64,000 nucleotides of DNA from Escherichia coli (GTDB taxonomy: Bacteria > Pseudomonadota > Gammaproteobacteria > Enterobacterales > Enterobacteriaceae), in assembly GCF_003334335.1 (NCBI RefSeq), contig NZ_QOWQ01000003.1; one strand, 5' to 3'. This document shows positions 18,884 through 30,850 of the stretch, piece after piece. The notes beneath the pieces were generated by a model, which had not been told where the DNA came from, did no database searches, and worked only from the letters and a program-made list of their open reading frames with translations. The first letter of the stretch is position 1, and every line of letters begins with the position of its first letter. Position numbers and translations under genes: made by a program.

Positions 18884-20386
18884 GTGTCCACTGCAAACCA
18901 AAAACCAACTGAAAGCGTCAGTTTGAACGCTTTCAAACAACCGAAGGCGTTCTATCTCATCTTCTCGATTGAGTTATGGGAACGTTTTGGTTATTACGGC
19001 CTACAAGGAATTATGGCTGTTTACCTGGTTAAACAACTGGGTATGTCTGAAGCGGATTCAATCACCCTTTTCTCTTCCTTTAGTGCCCTGGTTTATGGTC
19101 TGGTCGCTATCGGCGGCTGGTTAGGTGACAAGGTACTGGGTACTAAACGCGTAATTATGCTCGGCGCTATTGTGCTGGCGATTGGTTATGCTCTGGTTGC
19201 CTGGTCTGGTCACGACGCCGGTATCGTTTATATGGGTATGGCGGCTATTGCGGTCGGTAACGGCCTGTTTAAAGCTAACCCGTCTTCTCTGCTTTCTACA
19301 TGCTATGAGAAAAACGACCCGCGTCTGGACGGTGCATTCACCATGTACTACATGTCCGTCAACATCGGCTCTTTCTTCTCTATGATTGCTACGCCGTGGC
19401 TGGCCGCGAAATACGGCTGGAGTGTTGCGTTTGCGTTGAGCGTTGTAGGCCTGCTGATCACTATCGTTAACTTCGCCTTCTGCCAACGCTGGGTTAAACA
19501 GTACGGTTCAAAACCAGACTTCGAGCCTATCAACTACCGTAACCTGCTGCTGACCATTATTGGTGTTGTGGCACTGATCGCTATCGCCACCTGGCTGCTG
19601 CACAATCAGGAAGTTGCGCGTATGGCGCTGGGCGTTGTTGCCTTCGGTATCGTGGTTATCTTCGGTAAAGAAGCCTTCGCGATGAAAGGTGCTGCGCGTC
19701 GTAAAATGATCGTTGCCTTCATCCTGATGCTCGAAGCCATTATCTTCTTCGTGCTGTACAGCCAGATGCCAACGTCACTGAACTTCTTTGCGATTCGTAA
19801 CGTTGAGCACTCCATTCTGGGTCTGGCCGTAGAACCTGAGCAGTATCAGGCACTGAACCCGTTCTGGATCATCATCGGTAGTCCGATTCTGGCCGCTATC
19901 TATAACAAGATGGGCGATACCCTGCCGATGCCAACCAAGTTTGCAATCGGCATGGTGATGTGTTCTGGTGCGTTCCTGATTCTGCCGCTGGGTGCAAAAT
20001 TCGCGTCTGACGCTGGTATCGTGTCTGTAAGCTGGCTGGTCGCAAGCTATGGCCTGCAGAGCATCGGGGAACTGATGATCTCTGGTCTGGGTCTGGCAAT
20101 GGTTGCTCAACTCGTTCCGCAGCGTCTGATGGGCTTCATTATGGGTAGCTGGTTCCTGACCACTGCCGGTGCAAACCTGATTGGTGGTTATGTTGCGGGT
20201 ATGATGGCTGTGCCGGATAACGTTACCGATCCGCTGATGTCACTGGAAGTCTATGGTCGCGTATTCTTGCAGATTGGTGTCGCTACTGCCGTTATTGCAG
20301 TACTGATGCTGCTGACCGCGCCGAAACTGCACCGCATGACGCAGGATGACGCTGCAGACAAAGCGGCGAAAGCAGCCGTAGCGTAA
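18884..20386 (+). CDS. dtpA: Proton-dependent di/tripeptide permease DtpA (TppB), 500 aa, GTG start
   Basis: Track ORF 500 aa, POT-family motifs; GTG at 18884 preceded by AGAGG. Confidence 0.94.
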   Translation: MSTANQKPTESVSLNAFKQPKAFYLIFSIELWERFGYYGLQGIMAVYLVKQLGMSEADSITLFSSFSALVYGLVAIGGWLGDKVLGTKRVIMLGAIVLAIGYALVAWSGHDAGIVYMGMAAIAVGNGLFKANPSSLLSTCYEKNDPRLDGAFTMYYMSVNIGSFFSMIATPWLAAKYGWSVAFALSVVGLLITIVNFAFCQRWVKQYGSKPDFEPINYRNLLLTIIGVVALIAIATWLLHNQEVARMALGVVAFGIVVIFGKEAFAMKGAARRKMIVAFILMLEAIIFFVLYSQMPTSLNFFAIRNVEHSILGLAVEPEQYQALNPFWIIIGSPILAAIYNKMGDTLPMPTKFAIGMVMCSGAFLILPLGAKFASDAGIVSVSWLVASYGLQSIGELMISGLGLAMVAQLVPQRLMGFIMGSWFLTTAGANLIGGYVAGMMAVPDNVTDPLMSLEVYGRVFLQIGVATAVIAVLMLLTAPKLHRMTQDDAADKAAKAAVA

Positions 20387-20407
20387 AATTCAGGGAAACT
20401 CTTTTAC

Positions 20408-20441
20408 AAGCCGCTAACTTTTCGTTAGCGGCTTTTTTTTT
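20408..20441 (+). terminator. Intrinsic terminator downstream of dtpA
   Basis: Hairpin GCCGCTAAC/GTTAGCGGC followed by a 9-T run, seen directly. Confidence 0.75.
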
Positions 20442-20491
20442 GTTCAGCAACGCACTACCATACTTTAAACCACAGACAAAAGGAGTTACCG

Positions 20492-21097
20492 ATGAAATTG
20501 TTCTACAAACCGGGTGCCTGCTCTCTCGCTTCCCATATCACCCTGCGTGAGAGCGGAAAGGATTTTACCCTCGTCAGTGTGGATTTAATGAAAAAACGTC
20601 TCGAAAACGGTGACGATTACTTTGCCGTTAACCCTAAGGGGCAGGTGCCTGCATTGCTGCTGGATGACGGTACTTTGCTGACGGAAGGCGTAGCGATTAT
20701 GCAGTATCTTGCCGACAGCGTCCCCGACCGCCAGTTGCTGGCACCGGTAAACAGTATTTCCCGCTATAAAACCATCGAATGGCTGAATTACATCGCCACC
20801 GAGCTGCATAAAGGTTTCACACCTCTGTTTCGCCCTGATACACCGGAAGAGTACAAACCGACAGTTCGCGCGCAGCTGGAGAAGAAGCTGCAATATGTGA
20901 ACGAGGCACTGAAGGATGAGCACTGGATCTGCGGGCAAAGATTTACAATTGCTGATGCCTATCTGTTTACGGTTCTGCGCTGGGCATACGCGGTGAAACT
21001 GAATCTGGAAGGGTTAGAGCACATTGCAGCATTTATGCAACGTATGGCTGAACGTCCGGAAGTACAAGACGCGCTGTCAGCGGAAGGCTTAAAGTAA
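20492..21097 (+). CDS. gstA: Glutathione S-transferase, 201 aa
   Basis: Track ORF 201 aa recognised as GstA ([22 protein letters not shown]...). Confidence 0.95.
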
Positions 21098-21105
21098 TAG
21101 CCATC

Positions 21106-21127
21106 GGCCCACAGGTCGTTGTGGGCC
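21106..21127. terminator. Bidirectional terminator hairpin between convergent gstA and pdxY
   Basis: Inverted repeat GGCCCACA/TGTGGGCC seen directly. Confidence 0.6.
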
Positions 21128-21140
21128 GAAATGAGATATT

Positions 21141-22004
21141 TCAGAGCTTTGTTGCGCTGAAGTAATGTTCTGGTTTGGCAATACGATCCTGAGCAGCCAC
21201 CACTTGCAGCTCATATTCCTGCATTGCTTTGGTGGTCACCATGATTTCGTAGACTGCAGCGGTCACATGTTCCAGCGCCTCCTGCAGCGTTGCCCCCTGA
21301 AGCAGTTTCACCAGCAGTAAACCGCTCGTCACATCACCAACACCTACCGGCTGGCGCATACCAAAATCCACCAGCGGACGGCTGATATGCCAGGCTTCAT
21401 CGGCGGTGACCAGCAGCATTTCAAAACGGTCACGGCTGTAGCCAGCTCGCGCCAGGTGTTTAACCAACACAATTTGTGGCCCTTGCGCAATGAGTTCGCG
21501 CGCTGCCAGAACCGCTTCTTCGACGTTATTTACCGCATGCTCACAGAGTATTTCCAGCTCAACCAGATTTGGCGCAATGATATCGCTGGCAGGCAAACCG
21601 TGCCGCACATGAAACTCTGCGACACCCGGTGCAACGATACAGCCTTTTTCCGGATGACCCATTACCGGATCGCAAAAATATTTCGCCTGCGGATTCGCGG
21701 CTTTCACCTGACGGACGATACCGAGGATATGTTCACCCTGCTCCGCCGATCCCAGATAGCCACTTAATACGGCATCACAGGTGTGTAATTTATCAATGGC
21801 GGCAATGCCTTGCACAATTTCGGTTAAATGGCTGGGCGGCATCACGCAGCCAGTCCATTTGCCGTATTGGGTGTGATTAGAAAATTGAACGGTGTTCAGC
21901 GGCCAGACGTTCGCGCCCAGGCGGCGCATCGGAAACTCTGCCGCACTGTTACCCGCATGACCATAAACAACGTGAGACTGGATAGCGAGAATATTTTTCA
22001 TCAT
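21141..22004 (-). CDS. pdxY: Pyridoxal kinase 2 (PdxY), 287 aa
   Basis: Track ORF 287 aa, ribokinase-like PfkB fold; downstream of tyrS. Confidence 0.94.
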   Translation of the reverse strand: MMKNILAIQSHVVYGHAGNSAAEFPMRRLGANVWPLNTVQFSNHTQYGKWTGCVMPPSHLTEIVQGIAAIDKLHTCDAVLSGYLGSAEQGEHILGIVRQVKAANPQAKYFCDPVMGHPEKGCIVAPGVAEFHVRHGLPASDIIAPNLVELEILCEHAVNNVEEAVLAARELIAQGPQIVLVKHLARAGYSRDRFEMLLVTADEAWHISRPLVDFGMRQPVGVGDVTSGLLLVKLLQGATLQEALEHVTAAVYEIMVTTKAMQEYELQVVAAQDRIAKPEHYFSATKL

Positions 22005-22062
22005 GTTCCCTGTATAAAAACCAGGGGGAGTGATTTCTCACTCCCCCTTTCCACTTAATGCA

Positions 22063-23337
22063 TTATTTCCAGCAAATCAGACAGTAATTCTTTTTACCGC
22101 GACGCAGTAAGGTAAAACGACCAAACAGACGATCTTCTTCTTTAAAGAAGTATTCAGGATCGGACTGTTTTTCACCGTTAATGGTGATGGCATTGGAGGC
22201 GATAGTTTTACGTGCCTGACCACGGGAAGGTTGCAGTTCAGAATCGACCAGTGCCTGCATCAGGTCTGCGCCCTTTTCCATCTCAACCATCGGTACGCCG
22301 TCCTGCGCCAGCTGTTCGAAGTCCGCTTCACTCAGCGCACTCAAAGAACCGCTGAACAGGCATTCGGTAATACGTTTTGCCGCCTGTAAACCTTCTTCAC
22401 CGTGAACCAGACGAGTCACCTGCTCCGCCAGTACATACTGGGCGCGCGGTGCTTTACCGCTGTTTTTATCTTCTTCTTCCAGGGCGTTGATCTCTTCAAT
22501 GCTCATAAAGGTGAAGAACTTCAGGAAGCGGTAAACGTCGGCATCCGCAGTGTTGATCCAGAACTGGTAGAATTTGTACGGGCTGGTTTTCTTCGGATCC
22601 AACCAGACTGCGCCGCCTTCAGTTTTACCAAATTTGGTGCCATCTGCTTTAGTGATCAGCGGAACGGTCAGGCCAAACACCTGATTCTGATGCAGACGAC
22701 GGGTCAGGTCGATACCAGAAGTGATGTTACCCCACTGGTCAGAACCACCAATTTGCAGCACCACACCGTACTGTTTGTTCAGACAGGCGAAGTCATAACC
22801 CTGCAACAGGTTGTAGGAAAACTCAGTGAACGAAATCCCCTGATCTTCACGGTTGAGACGCTGCTTAACCGCTTCTTTGTTGATCATCTGGTTAACGGAG
22901 AAGTGTTTGCCAATATCGCGCAGGAAGGTCAGCACATTCATATTGCCGAACCAGTCATAGTTGTTCGCCGCGATAGCAGAGTTTTCTCCACAGTCGAAAT
23001 CGAGGAACGGGGCAACCTGCTTACGGATTTTGTCCACCCACTCCTGAACAGTTTCTTCGGTGTTCAGCTTACGCTCGGCAGCTTTGAAGCTCGGGTCGCC
23101 AATCAGACCCGTCGCGCCGCCTACCAGCGCAACCGGCTTGTGGCCCGCCTGCTGGAAGCGTTTCAGGCATAACAATGGAACAAGATGCCCCAAATGCAAG
23201 CTGTCAGCGGTAGGATCGAAGCCGCAATAGAGCGCGATCGGGCCTTGCGCCAGTCGCTCTGCTAACGCTTCCTCGTCCGTCACCTGGGCTACCAGCCCCC
23301 GCTCTTGCAATTGTTTAATCAAGTTACTGCTTGCCAT
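22063..23337 (-). CDS. tyrS: Tyrosyl-tRNA synthetase, 424 aa
   Basis: Track ORF 428 aa trimmed to the ATG at 23337 ([14 protein letters not shown]...); class I HIGH motif (HLGH) and KMSKS-type motif (KFGKT). Confidence 0.95.
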
Positions 23338-23465
23338 CAAAATCTCCATGTATATAACGACTGCACCTTTGCCGGTACACGACTTTTCGCCAGATGCGAA
23401 AGAGACATAGAATAAAGTGCCAGAATCAGGAGTACCAGCGATTAAAGCAAGATTTTTGCATCTTT

Positions 23466-24122
23466 TCAGGGTGCAAGACGATCAATCTTCCACGCATCAT
23501 TTTCACGCTGGTACAAAAAGCGGTCATGCAGGCGATGCTCACCACCCTGCCAGAACTCAATCTGTTCAAGGCTGACGCGAAAACCGCCCCAAAAGCTCGG
23601 CAATGGCACTTCGCCCTGTTGAAACTTCTGCTTCAGCTCCAGGAATTTACTTTCAAGGATACCGCGGGCAGAAATGCGACTGGACTGCTTCGAAACCCAT
23701 GCACCAATCTGGCTATCACGCGGGCGGCTATGAAAATATTTCATCACTTCGAGAGTCGAAAGTCGTTCTGCTTTACCGATCACCATCACCTGGCGCTCAA
23801 GGGTATGCCACGGGAACAGCAGGCTAACGCGCGGATTATTTTCGATTTGATGTGCTTTACGGCTGCCGAGGTTGGTGTAAAACACCATGCCTTTTTCGTC
23901 GTAATGTTTGAGTAAAACGATGCGCTGATAAGGCTGACCATGTTCATCCACGGTAGCGACCACCATCGCGGTAGGGTCCGCCAGTTTGGCTTCACAAGCC
24001 TGAGAGAGCCAACGTTCAAAAAGGGTTAATGGATCGGCGGGAAGATCGCGGCGGCGTAACCCGCCTTTGGTGTATTCACGGCGCAGATGCGCGATTTGCT
24101 GCAATTCGTCGTTATCAGACAT
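23466..24122 (-). CDS. pdxH: Pyridoxine/pyridoxamine 5'-phosphate oxidase, 218 aa
   Basis: Track ORF 218 aa recognised as PdxH; upstream of tyrS in the same orientation. Confidence 0.95.
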
Positions 24123-24180
24123 GGTTTTCTTTACGGATTGTCAGTGGGTGACGCTATTGTGCGCCGCCCCTGGAAAAATC

Positions 24181-24510
24181 TCAACGCTGTGGATTTTGTA
24201 ACTGACAGTTATTCAAGACGATGCGGTCGCGTTTATAGACAGTCGCTTCATCGCCTTTCGACCAGAAAACATAGATTCCGTCAGTGTAACGCGCGCCAGA
24301 GGCTGAAATGCCCTGTTTGAGATGCAGTAGTTGATTATCGTAAACAAAACTGACCTCCTGGCGCGGATTATTCAGTTTGACCGTCAACGGTTTTTCATCA
24401 CACTGGTATTCCAGCGTATCGGTTTGCATGCGCTCAACCAGCTGATTAAAGGCGCTACAGCCGGAGAGAAGGACCGGCAAAATGATAATTAACAGTTTTT
24501 TCATAGTCAT
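24181..24510 (-). CDS. mliC: Membrane-bound lysozyme inhibitor of C-type lysozyme (MliC/YdhA) lipoprotein, 109 aa
   Basis: Track ORF 109 aa with lipoprotein signal and lipobox (LLSGC). Confidence 0.92.
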   Translation of the reverse strand: MTMKKLLIIILPVLLSGCSAFNQLVERMQTDTLEYQCDEKPLTVKLNNPRQEVSFVYDNQLLHLKQGISASGARYTDGIYVFWSKGDEATVYKRDRIVLNNCQLQNPQR

Positions 24511-24607
24511 ATCCCGAAGACTTTCCTGGTCTGGAGGGCAATACGCCCTCCCTAACGTTCCAAGTGTAACGGCAGACGCGGTAAGAAAAATTCAGTTAAC
24601 TCTGATA

Positions 24608-25717
24608 TCACGGGTTAGCGGGGAAAATAGCCCCCAGTACCGTCTCCTGGCTTGCGCCAGTGACGGAAGGCAGATTTCCTGGTAATCCCGCCAGCGTCCG
24701 CCAGGCAAGCCAGGCGAAAGCCAATGCTTCCATGTCATCGCCACTAATGCCAACGGCATCGGTGGTGGTGACTTCTGTGCCTGGCAGTAATGCCGCCAGA
24801 CGCGCCATGAGTAGCGGATTACGACTACCTCCACCACATACCATCAATCGTTCGCAGCCACCGCTCAACAAAACTTGTTCAGAAATGGTCACGGCGGTGA
24901 GTTCTGCCAGTGTCGCCTGCACATCTCGGGGATCAACACCCGGAAAATGGCGCAAATGGCGCTCCAGCCAACCATAGTTAAAGTATTCGCGTCCGGTGCT
25001 TTTCGGTGCAGGTTGCGAGAAATACGGGTCGCTGAGCATATTTTGCAGCAGTGGGAGAATAACTTTACCCGCCCGTGCCCACTCGGCATCTTTATCGTAA
25101 GGTTTACCGGCCTGACGCCAGATCCAGGCATCCATCAGCATGTTACCAGGACCGGTATCGTAGCCCCCAACCGGCTGCCCAGGAATGAGCAGTGACAGAT
25201 TGGCGATGCCGCCAATATTGAGCACCATTCGTCGCTCGGTTGGGTGAGCCAGCAGCGCATGATGGAACGCAGGTACCAGCGGTGCGCCTTGTCCTCCCAA
25301 GGCAATATCGCGACGGCGAAAATCACCGACAACCGTAATTCCGGTGCGTGCCACAATTTGATTGTTATCGCCAATCTGTAAAGTGTGTGGTGCCACGCCC
25401 GTCGGTTCATGCCAGACGGTTTGACCGTGACAACCGATCGCAACTATATCTCTTGCCTGCAGATTTTGTTCCTTAAGCAAGGCATTGACCGCATCAGCAA
25501 AAAGTCGCCCGAGTTGAGTATCAAGCTGTCCAAACTGCGAAAGTGTAAGCTGCTGGCCCTGGCAAATATCCAGTACAGCCTGTTTCAGAGATACCGGGAT
25601 CGGCCAACTCAAACTTGCCAGCTGTGCGACCCGGTGTTCATCAATTGTCGCCAACACAACATCAACACCATCAAGGCTGGTGCCTGACATAACGCCAATA
25701 AAGCGGCCCGATTTCAT
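24608..25717 (-). CDS. anmK: Anhydro-N-acetylmuramic acid kinase, 369 aa
   Basis: Track ORF 369 aa recognised as AnmK ([23 protein letters not shown]...). Confidence 0.95.
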
Positions 25718-25850
25718 AGTTCATCCTTTTTCAATCTGACGTTTGCGCACCACTCAAACATAAACTTTTCGTGAATACCATGCGGAATGACCGATTTTTA
25801 CCGTTGGTAGTAAAACATTATCTTCAAATCAATAATCATCATGAATGTTT

Positions 25851-25867
25851 TGTTTATAATTGGTTGA
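25851..25867. promoter_or_regulatory. Candidate PhoP box (TGTTTA-N5-GGTTGA direct repeat) upstream of slyB
   Basis: Hexamer direct repeat with 5-bp spacer seen directly; slyB is a known PhoPQ-activated gene. Confidence 0.4.
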
Positions 25868-25990
25868 TCCTACTTTCATTATGATTTGCTCATATTTGGT
25901 AGAACATGTAACCATGGATTCACATATGCCATATACTTTGACCATGAGGGATGCTTGCGTGGCGTTTCATGGTGAACAGGAGATTTTTCA

Positions 25991-26458
25991 ATGATTAAAC
26001 GCGTATTGGTTGTTTCAATGGTAGGTCTGTCTCTTGTCGGTTGTGTTAATAACGACACCCTGTCAGGGGATGTTTATACCGCTTCTGAAGCGAAACAAGT
26101 ACAGAATGTCAGCTATGGCACCATCGTTAACGTACGTCCGGTACAGATTCAGGGCGGTGATGATTCCAACGTTATCGGTGCAATTGGCGGTGCTGTTCTT
26201 GGTGGTTTCCTGGGGAATACTGTTGGTGGCGGAACCGGGCGTTCTCTGGCTACTGCAGCAGGCGCTGTTGCAGGTGGCGTAGCTGGTCAGGGCGTACAGA
26301 GTGCAATGAACAAAACGCAGGGTGTCGAGCTGGAAATTCGTAAAGACGATGGTAATACCATCATGGTGGTACAGAAACAAGGCAACACTCGTTTCTCTCC
26401 GGGCCAACGTGTCGTACTGGCCAGCAATGGCAGTCAGGTGACCGTTTCTCCGCGCTAA
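25991..26458 (+). CDS. slyB: Outer-membrane lipoprotein SlyB, 155 aa
   Basis: Track ORF 155 aa with lipobox (LVGC) and glycine-zipper region. Confidence 0.95.
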   Translation: MIKRVLVVSMVGLSLVGCVNNDTLSGDVYTASEAKQVQNVSYGTIVNVRPVQIQGGDDSNVIGAIGGAVLGGFLGNTVGGGTGRSLATAAGAVAGGVAGQGVQSAMNKTQGVELEIRKDDGNTIMVVQKQGNTRFSPGQRVVLASNGSQVTVSPR

Positions 26459-26468
26459 ATAAGTTTGC

Positions 26469-26492
26469 GTGTGGTCAGGTTACTGACCACAC
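26469..26492. terminator. Bidirectional terminator hairpin between convergent slyB and slyA
   Basis: Inverted repeat GTGTGGTCAG/CTGACCACAC seen directly. Confidence 0.6.
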
Positions 26493-26504
26493 GCCCCCTT
26501 CATT

Positions 26505-26939
26505 TCACCCTTTGGCCTGTAACTCAATGATATTATGCTCAAGTTTTGCGATGAGCGTAATCAGTTGCTCCAGTTCCTCTGCGGAGATGCCATGTAATAT
26601 TTCCGCGCGGGTTTTGTTAATAACAGCTTCCATTTCGCTGATCAGCGGCTCTGCCTTTTCCGTCAGTTTAATACGTTTAGCCCGACGATCGCTGGCACAA
26701 GTTTGACGCGAAATTAACCCTTTTTCTTCCAGTTGGTCCAGAGTACGGACCAGTGATGGCTGCTCGATGCCAATCGCTTTTGCCAGTTGAATTTGCGACT
26801 GGTCTGGAGGTAACTGATGGATATTGTGTAACGTAACCCAATGGGTTTGTGTTAACTCCAGCGGTTTCAGGCGATGGTCTATCAGAGCACGCCATATGCG
26901 CACCAACCGTGCCAGATCAGAACCTAGTGGCGATTCCAA
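26505..26939 (-). CDS. slyA: MarR-family transcriptional regulator SlyA, 144 aa from a TTG start
   Basis: Track ORF 26505..26945, winged-helix MarR fold; reference length of 144 aa corresponds to the TTG at 26939, with an alternative ATG at 26945. Confidence 0.9.
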
Positions 26940-27139
26940 TTTCATCTCCTTATAATTAGCTTGCTAAGATATTATGCGGCTTTTAGAATAGTGTGCAGCA
27001 ATTGTATTGCTAAAACAAATGTATTGCTGCATTTGGTTACCGTCAGACATATTTTTCAGAAATTGCGCGTAAATTTTTCGCACTTAAAGAATATTTATTA
27101 ATCTAACGCAATATATTCGGTCGTAAAGGAATCTACTTT

Positions 27140-27376
27140 GTGAAGTTTATGCTCAATGCAACAGGATTGCCCTTACAAGATCTGGTGTTCGGTGCGTCCG
27201 TCTACTTTCCTCCGTTTTTCAAAGCATTCGCGTTTGGATTCGTCATCTGGCTTGTCGTACACCGCCTGCTTCGTGGCTGGATCTACGCCGGTGACATCTG
27301 GCATCCCTTGTTAATGGATTTATCGCTGTTTGCGATTTGCGTTTGCCTTGCTCTGGCAATACTGATTGCGTGGTAA
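27140..27376 (+). CDS. ydhI: Small membrane protein YdhI (DUF1656), 78 aa
   Basis: Track ORF 78 aa, hydrophobic; first gene of ydhIJK. Confidence 0.9.
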
Positions 27377-27378
27377 CT

Positions 27379-28236
27379 ATGTCAATTAAAACAATTAAGT
27401 ATTTCTCAACAATCATTGTAGCGGTAGTTGCGGTTCTTGCCGGATGGTGGCTGTGGAATTATTACATGCAATCTCCGTGGACACGCGACGGGAAAATACG
27501 CGCAGAACAGGTTTCTATCACCCCACAGGTGTCGGGACGTATTGTTGAGCTGAATATAAAAGACAACCAGCTGGTTAACGCGGGGGATCTTCTGCTCACG
27601 ATCGATAAAACGCCCTTTCAGATCGCCGAGCTGAACGCACAGGCTCAGCTGGCGAAAGCGCAATCTGACCTCGCAAAAGCCAATAACGAAGCGAATCGTC
27701 GTCGTCATCTCTCACAAAATTTTATTTCTGCCGAAGAACTCGATACCGCTAACCTCAATGTTAAAGCGATGCAGGCCAGTGTTGATGCCGCACAGGCGAC
27801 GCTGAAACAGGCACAATGGCAACTGGCGCAAACGGAAATTCGCGCCCCGGTGAGTGGATGGGTGACTAACCTTACTACCCGCATCGGCGATTACGCTGAT
27901 ACCGGGAAACCGCTGTTTGCCCTTGTCGACAGCCACTCGTTTTACGTCATTGGTTATTTTGAAGAAACCAAGTTGCGCCATATCCGCGAAGGTGCACCAG
28001 CACAAATTACCCTCTATAGTGATAACAAAACGTTACAGGGTCACGTTTCCAGTATCGGTCGGGCGATTTATGATCAGAGCGTTGAAAGTGACTCAAGCCT
28101 TATTCCGGATGTTAAACCTAACGTCCCCTGGGTTCGACTCGCCCAACGCGTTCCCGTCCGCTTTGCGCTGGATAAAGTCCCAGGCGATGTCACGTTGGTG
28201 TCGGGCACCACCTGTAGCATTGCCGTAGGTCAATAA
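27379..28236 (+). CDS. ydhJ: Membrane fusion (HlyD-family) protein YdhJ, 285 aa
   Basis: Track ORF 299 aa trimmed to the ATG at 27379 (MSIKTIKYF...); coiled-coil periplasmic adaptor features. Confidence 0.9.
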   Translation: MSIKTIKYFSTIIVAVVAVLAGWWLWNYYMQSPWTRDGKIRAEQVSITPQVSGRIVELNIKDNQLVNAGDLLLTIDKTPFQIAELNAQAQLAKAQSDLAKANNEANRRRHLSQNFISAEELDTANLNVKAMQASVDAAQATLKQAQWQLAQTEIRAPVSGWVTNLTTRIGDYADTGKPLFALVDSHSFYVIGYFEETKLRHIREGAPAQITLYSDNKTLQGHVSSIGRAIYDQSVESDSSLIPDVKPNVPWVRLAQRVPVRFALDKVPGDVTLVSGTTCSIAVGQ

Positions 28237-30248
28237 TGAACGCATCGTCATGGTCCTTGCGCAATTTGCCCTGGTTCAGGGCCACGCTGGCGCAATGGCG
28301 TTATGCGTTACGCAATACCATTGCCATGTGTCTGGCGCTGACGGTTGCCTATTATTTAAATCTGGATGAACCCTATTGGGCGATGACCTCGGCTGCAGTG
28401 GTTAGCTTTCCCACCGTTGGCGGTGTTATCAGCAAAAGCCTCGGACGCATCGCTGGCAGTTTGCTCGGAGCCATTGCGGCACTGCTTCTTGCCGGGCATA
28501 CGCTCAATGAGCCGTGGTTTTTTCTATTGAGCATGTCGGCGTGGCTTGGCTTTTGTACCTGGGCCTGTGCGCACTTCACGAATAACGTCGCGTATGCATT
28601 TCAACTGGCGGGCTACACGGCTGCCATCATCGCCTTTCCGATGGTTAATATTACTGAGGCCAGCCAGCTGTGGGATATCGCTCAGGCGCGCGTTTGCGAG
28701 GTAATAGTCGGTATTTTGTGCGGCGGCATGATGATGATGATCCTGCCGAGCAGTTCCGATGCTACTGCCCTTTTAACCGCATTGAAAAACATGCACGCCC
28801 GATTACTGGAACATGCCAGTTTACTCTGGCAGCCTGAAACAACCGATGCCATTCGTGCAGCACATGAAGGGGTGATTGGGCAGATACTGACCATGAATTT
28901 GCTGCGTATCCAGGCTTTCTGGAGCCACTATCGTTTTCGCCAGCAAAACGCGCGCCTTAATGCGCTGCTCCACCAGCAATTACGTATGACCAGTGTCATC
29001 TCCAGCCTGCGACGTATGTTGCTCAACTGGCCCTCACCGCCAGGTGCCACACGAGAAATTCTCGAACAGTTGCTGACGGCGCTCGCCAGTTCGCAAACAG
29101 ATGTTTACACCGTCGCACGTATTATCGCCCCGCTACGCCCGACCAACGTCGCCGACTATCGGCACGTCGCCTTCTGGCAGCGACTACGTTATTTTTGCCG
29201 CCTTTATCTGCAAAGTAGTCAGGAATTACATCGTCTGCAAAGCGGTGTAGATGATCATACCAGACTCCCACGGACATCCGGCCTGGCTCGTCATACCGAT
29301 AACGCCGAAGCTATGTGGAGCGGGCTGCGTACATTTTGTACGTTGATGATGATTGGCGCATGGAGTATTGCTTCGCAATGGGATGCCGGTGCCAATGCAT
29401 TAACGCTGGCAGCAATTAGCTGCGTACTCTACTCCGCCGTCGCAGCACCGTTTAAGTCGTTGTCACTTCTGATGCGCACGCTGGTGTTACTTTCGCTATT
29501 CAGCTTTGTGGTCAAATTTGGTCTGATGGTCCAGATTAGCGATCTGTGGCAATTTTTACTGTTTCTCTTTCCACTGCTGGCGACAATGCAGCTTCTTAAA
29601 TTGCAGATGCCAAAATTTGCCGCATTGTGGGGGCAACTGATTGTTTTTATGGGTTCTTTTATCGCTGTCACTAATCCCCCGGTGTATGATTTTGCTGATT
29701 TTCTTAACGATAATCTGGCAAAAATCGTTGGCGTCGCGTTGGCGTGGTTAGCGTTCGCCATTCTGCGTCCAGGATCGGATGCTCGTAAAAGCCGCCGCCA
29801 TATTCGCGCGCTGCGCCGGGATTTTGTCGATCAGCTAAGCCGCCATCCAACACTGAGTGAAAGCGAATTTGAATCGCTCACTTATCATCACGTCAGTCAG
29901 TTGAGTAACAGCCAGGATGCGCTGGCTCGCCGTTGGTTATTACGCTGGGGTGTAGTGCTGCTGAACTGTTCTCATGTTGTCTGGCAATTGCGCGACTGGG
30001 AATCGCGTTCCGATCCGTTATCGCGAGTACGGGATAACTGTATTTCACTGTTGCGGGGAGTGATGAGTGAGCGTGGCGTTCAGCAAAAATCACTGGCGGC
30101 CACACTTGAAGAATTACAGCGGATTTGCGACAGCCTTGCCCGTCATCATCAACCTGCCGCCCGTGAGCTGGCGGCAATTGTCTGGCGGCTGTACTGCTCG
30201 CTTTCGCAACTTGAGCAAGCACCACCGCAAGGTACGCTGGCCTCTTAA
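28236..30248 (+). CDS. ydhK: FUSC-family (aromatic acid exporter-like) inner-membrane efflux protein YdhK, 670 aa
   Basis: Track ORF 670 aa; start overlaps ydhJ stop (TAATG). Confidence 0.92.
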   Translation: MNASSWSLRNLPWFRATLAQWRYALRNTIAMCLALTVAYYLNLDEPYWAMTSAAVVSFPTVGGVISKSLGRIAGSLLGAIAALLLAGHTLNEPWFFLLSMSAWLGFCTWACAHFTNNVAYAFQLAGYTAAIIAFPMVNITEASQLWDIAQARVCEVIVGILCGGMMMMILPSSSDATALLTALKNMHARLLEHASLLWQPETTDAIRAAHEGVIGQILTMNLLRIQAFWSHYRFRQQNARLNALLHQQLRMTSVISSLRRMLLNWPSPPGATREILEQLLTALASSQTDVYTVARIIAPLRPTNVADYRHVAFWQRLRYFCRLYLQSSQELHRLQSGVDDHTRLPRTSGLARHTDNAEAMWSGLRTFCTLMMIGAWSIASQWDAGANALTLAAISCVLYSAVAAPFKSLSLLMRTLVLLSLFSFVVKFGLMVQISDLWQFLLFLFPLLATMQLLKLQMPKFAALWGQLIVFMGSFIAVTNPPVYDFADFLNDNLAKIVGVALAWLAFAILRPGSDARKSRRHIRALRRDFVDQLSRHPTLSESEFESLTYHHVSQLSNSQDALARRWLLRWGVVLLNCSHVVWQLRDWESRSDPLSRVRDNCISLLRGVMSERGVQQKSLAATLEELQRICDSLARHHQPAARELAAIVWRLYCSLSQLEQAPPQGTLAS

Positions 30249-30770
30249 TTACTTAATTACACCACAGGCATAGCGTTCACCGCCACCGCCCAGCGGTTTA
30301 GGTTGATCGGACATATTATCGCCGCCAACGTGGACCATCAGCGCTTTGTCTTTGATTTCATCCAGTGATTTCAGACGAGGCGCGATGACGGCATCGGTAG
30401 CTTTGCCGTCATTATTGACGACCAGTGCAGGCAGATCGCCTAAATGCCCGGCACCTTCTGGCCCTTCATGTTTACCGGTATTTTGTGGATCAAGATGCCC
30501 GCCTGCGGATTCCGCGGCGCTGGCTTTGCCATCTTTGGTGGCTGGCTGGCAGCTTCCTTTGGCATGAATATGGAAGCCATGTTCACCGGGGGGTAATGCT
30601 TTCAGATCGGGCGAAAACTCCAGACCTTTATCGGTTTCAGTAATGGTGACGCTACCAATTGACTGCCCTACCCCTTGCGACGTGACGAGGTTCATCTCGA
30701 CTTTTTCACTGGCAGCTTGTGCGCCGGTTGCAACAACCAGCGCCAGAATAGCCAGACTAAAACGTTTCAT
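30249..30770 (-). CDS. sodC: Periplasmic Cu/Zn superoxide dismutase, 173 aa
   Basis: Track ORF 190 aa trimmed to the ATG at 30770 (MKRFSLAILALVVATGAQA signal peptide); Cu/Zn SOD motifs (GFHIHAKGSC; GGGGERYACGVI). Confidence 0.94.
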   Translation of the reverse strand: MKRFSLAILALVVATGAQAASEKVEMNLVTSQGVGQSIGSVTITETDKGLEFSPDLKALPPGEHGFHIHAKGSCQPATKDGKASAAESAGGHLDPQNTGKHEGPEGAGHLGDLPALVVNNDGKATDAVIAPRLKSLDEIKDKALMVHVGGDNMSDQPKPLGGGGERYACGVIK

Positions 30771-30850
30771 AGGACCTCCGTTCATTGTGCATTCCTGAAT
30801 AAGTGTAAACCAGTGACACATTTTTGAACGGCGGCTATTCCTAAAAGTGC

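Noticed and set aside
22402-23172. 256-aa plus-strand ORF antisense to tyrS; similar antisense ORFs opposite purR (44158..44997), ydhT (55136..55882) and rsxE/nth (17227..17937)
   Set aside because: All are embedded in confidently identified genes on the other strand and have no independent support; treated as frame artefacts.
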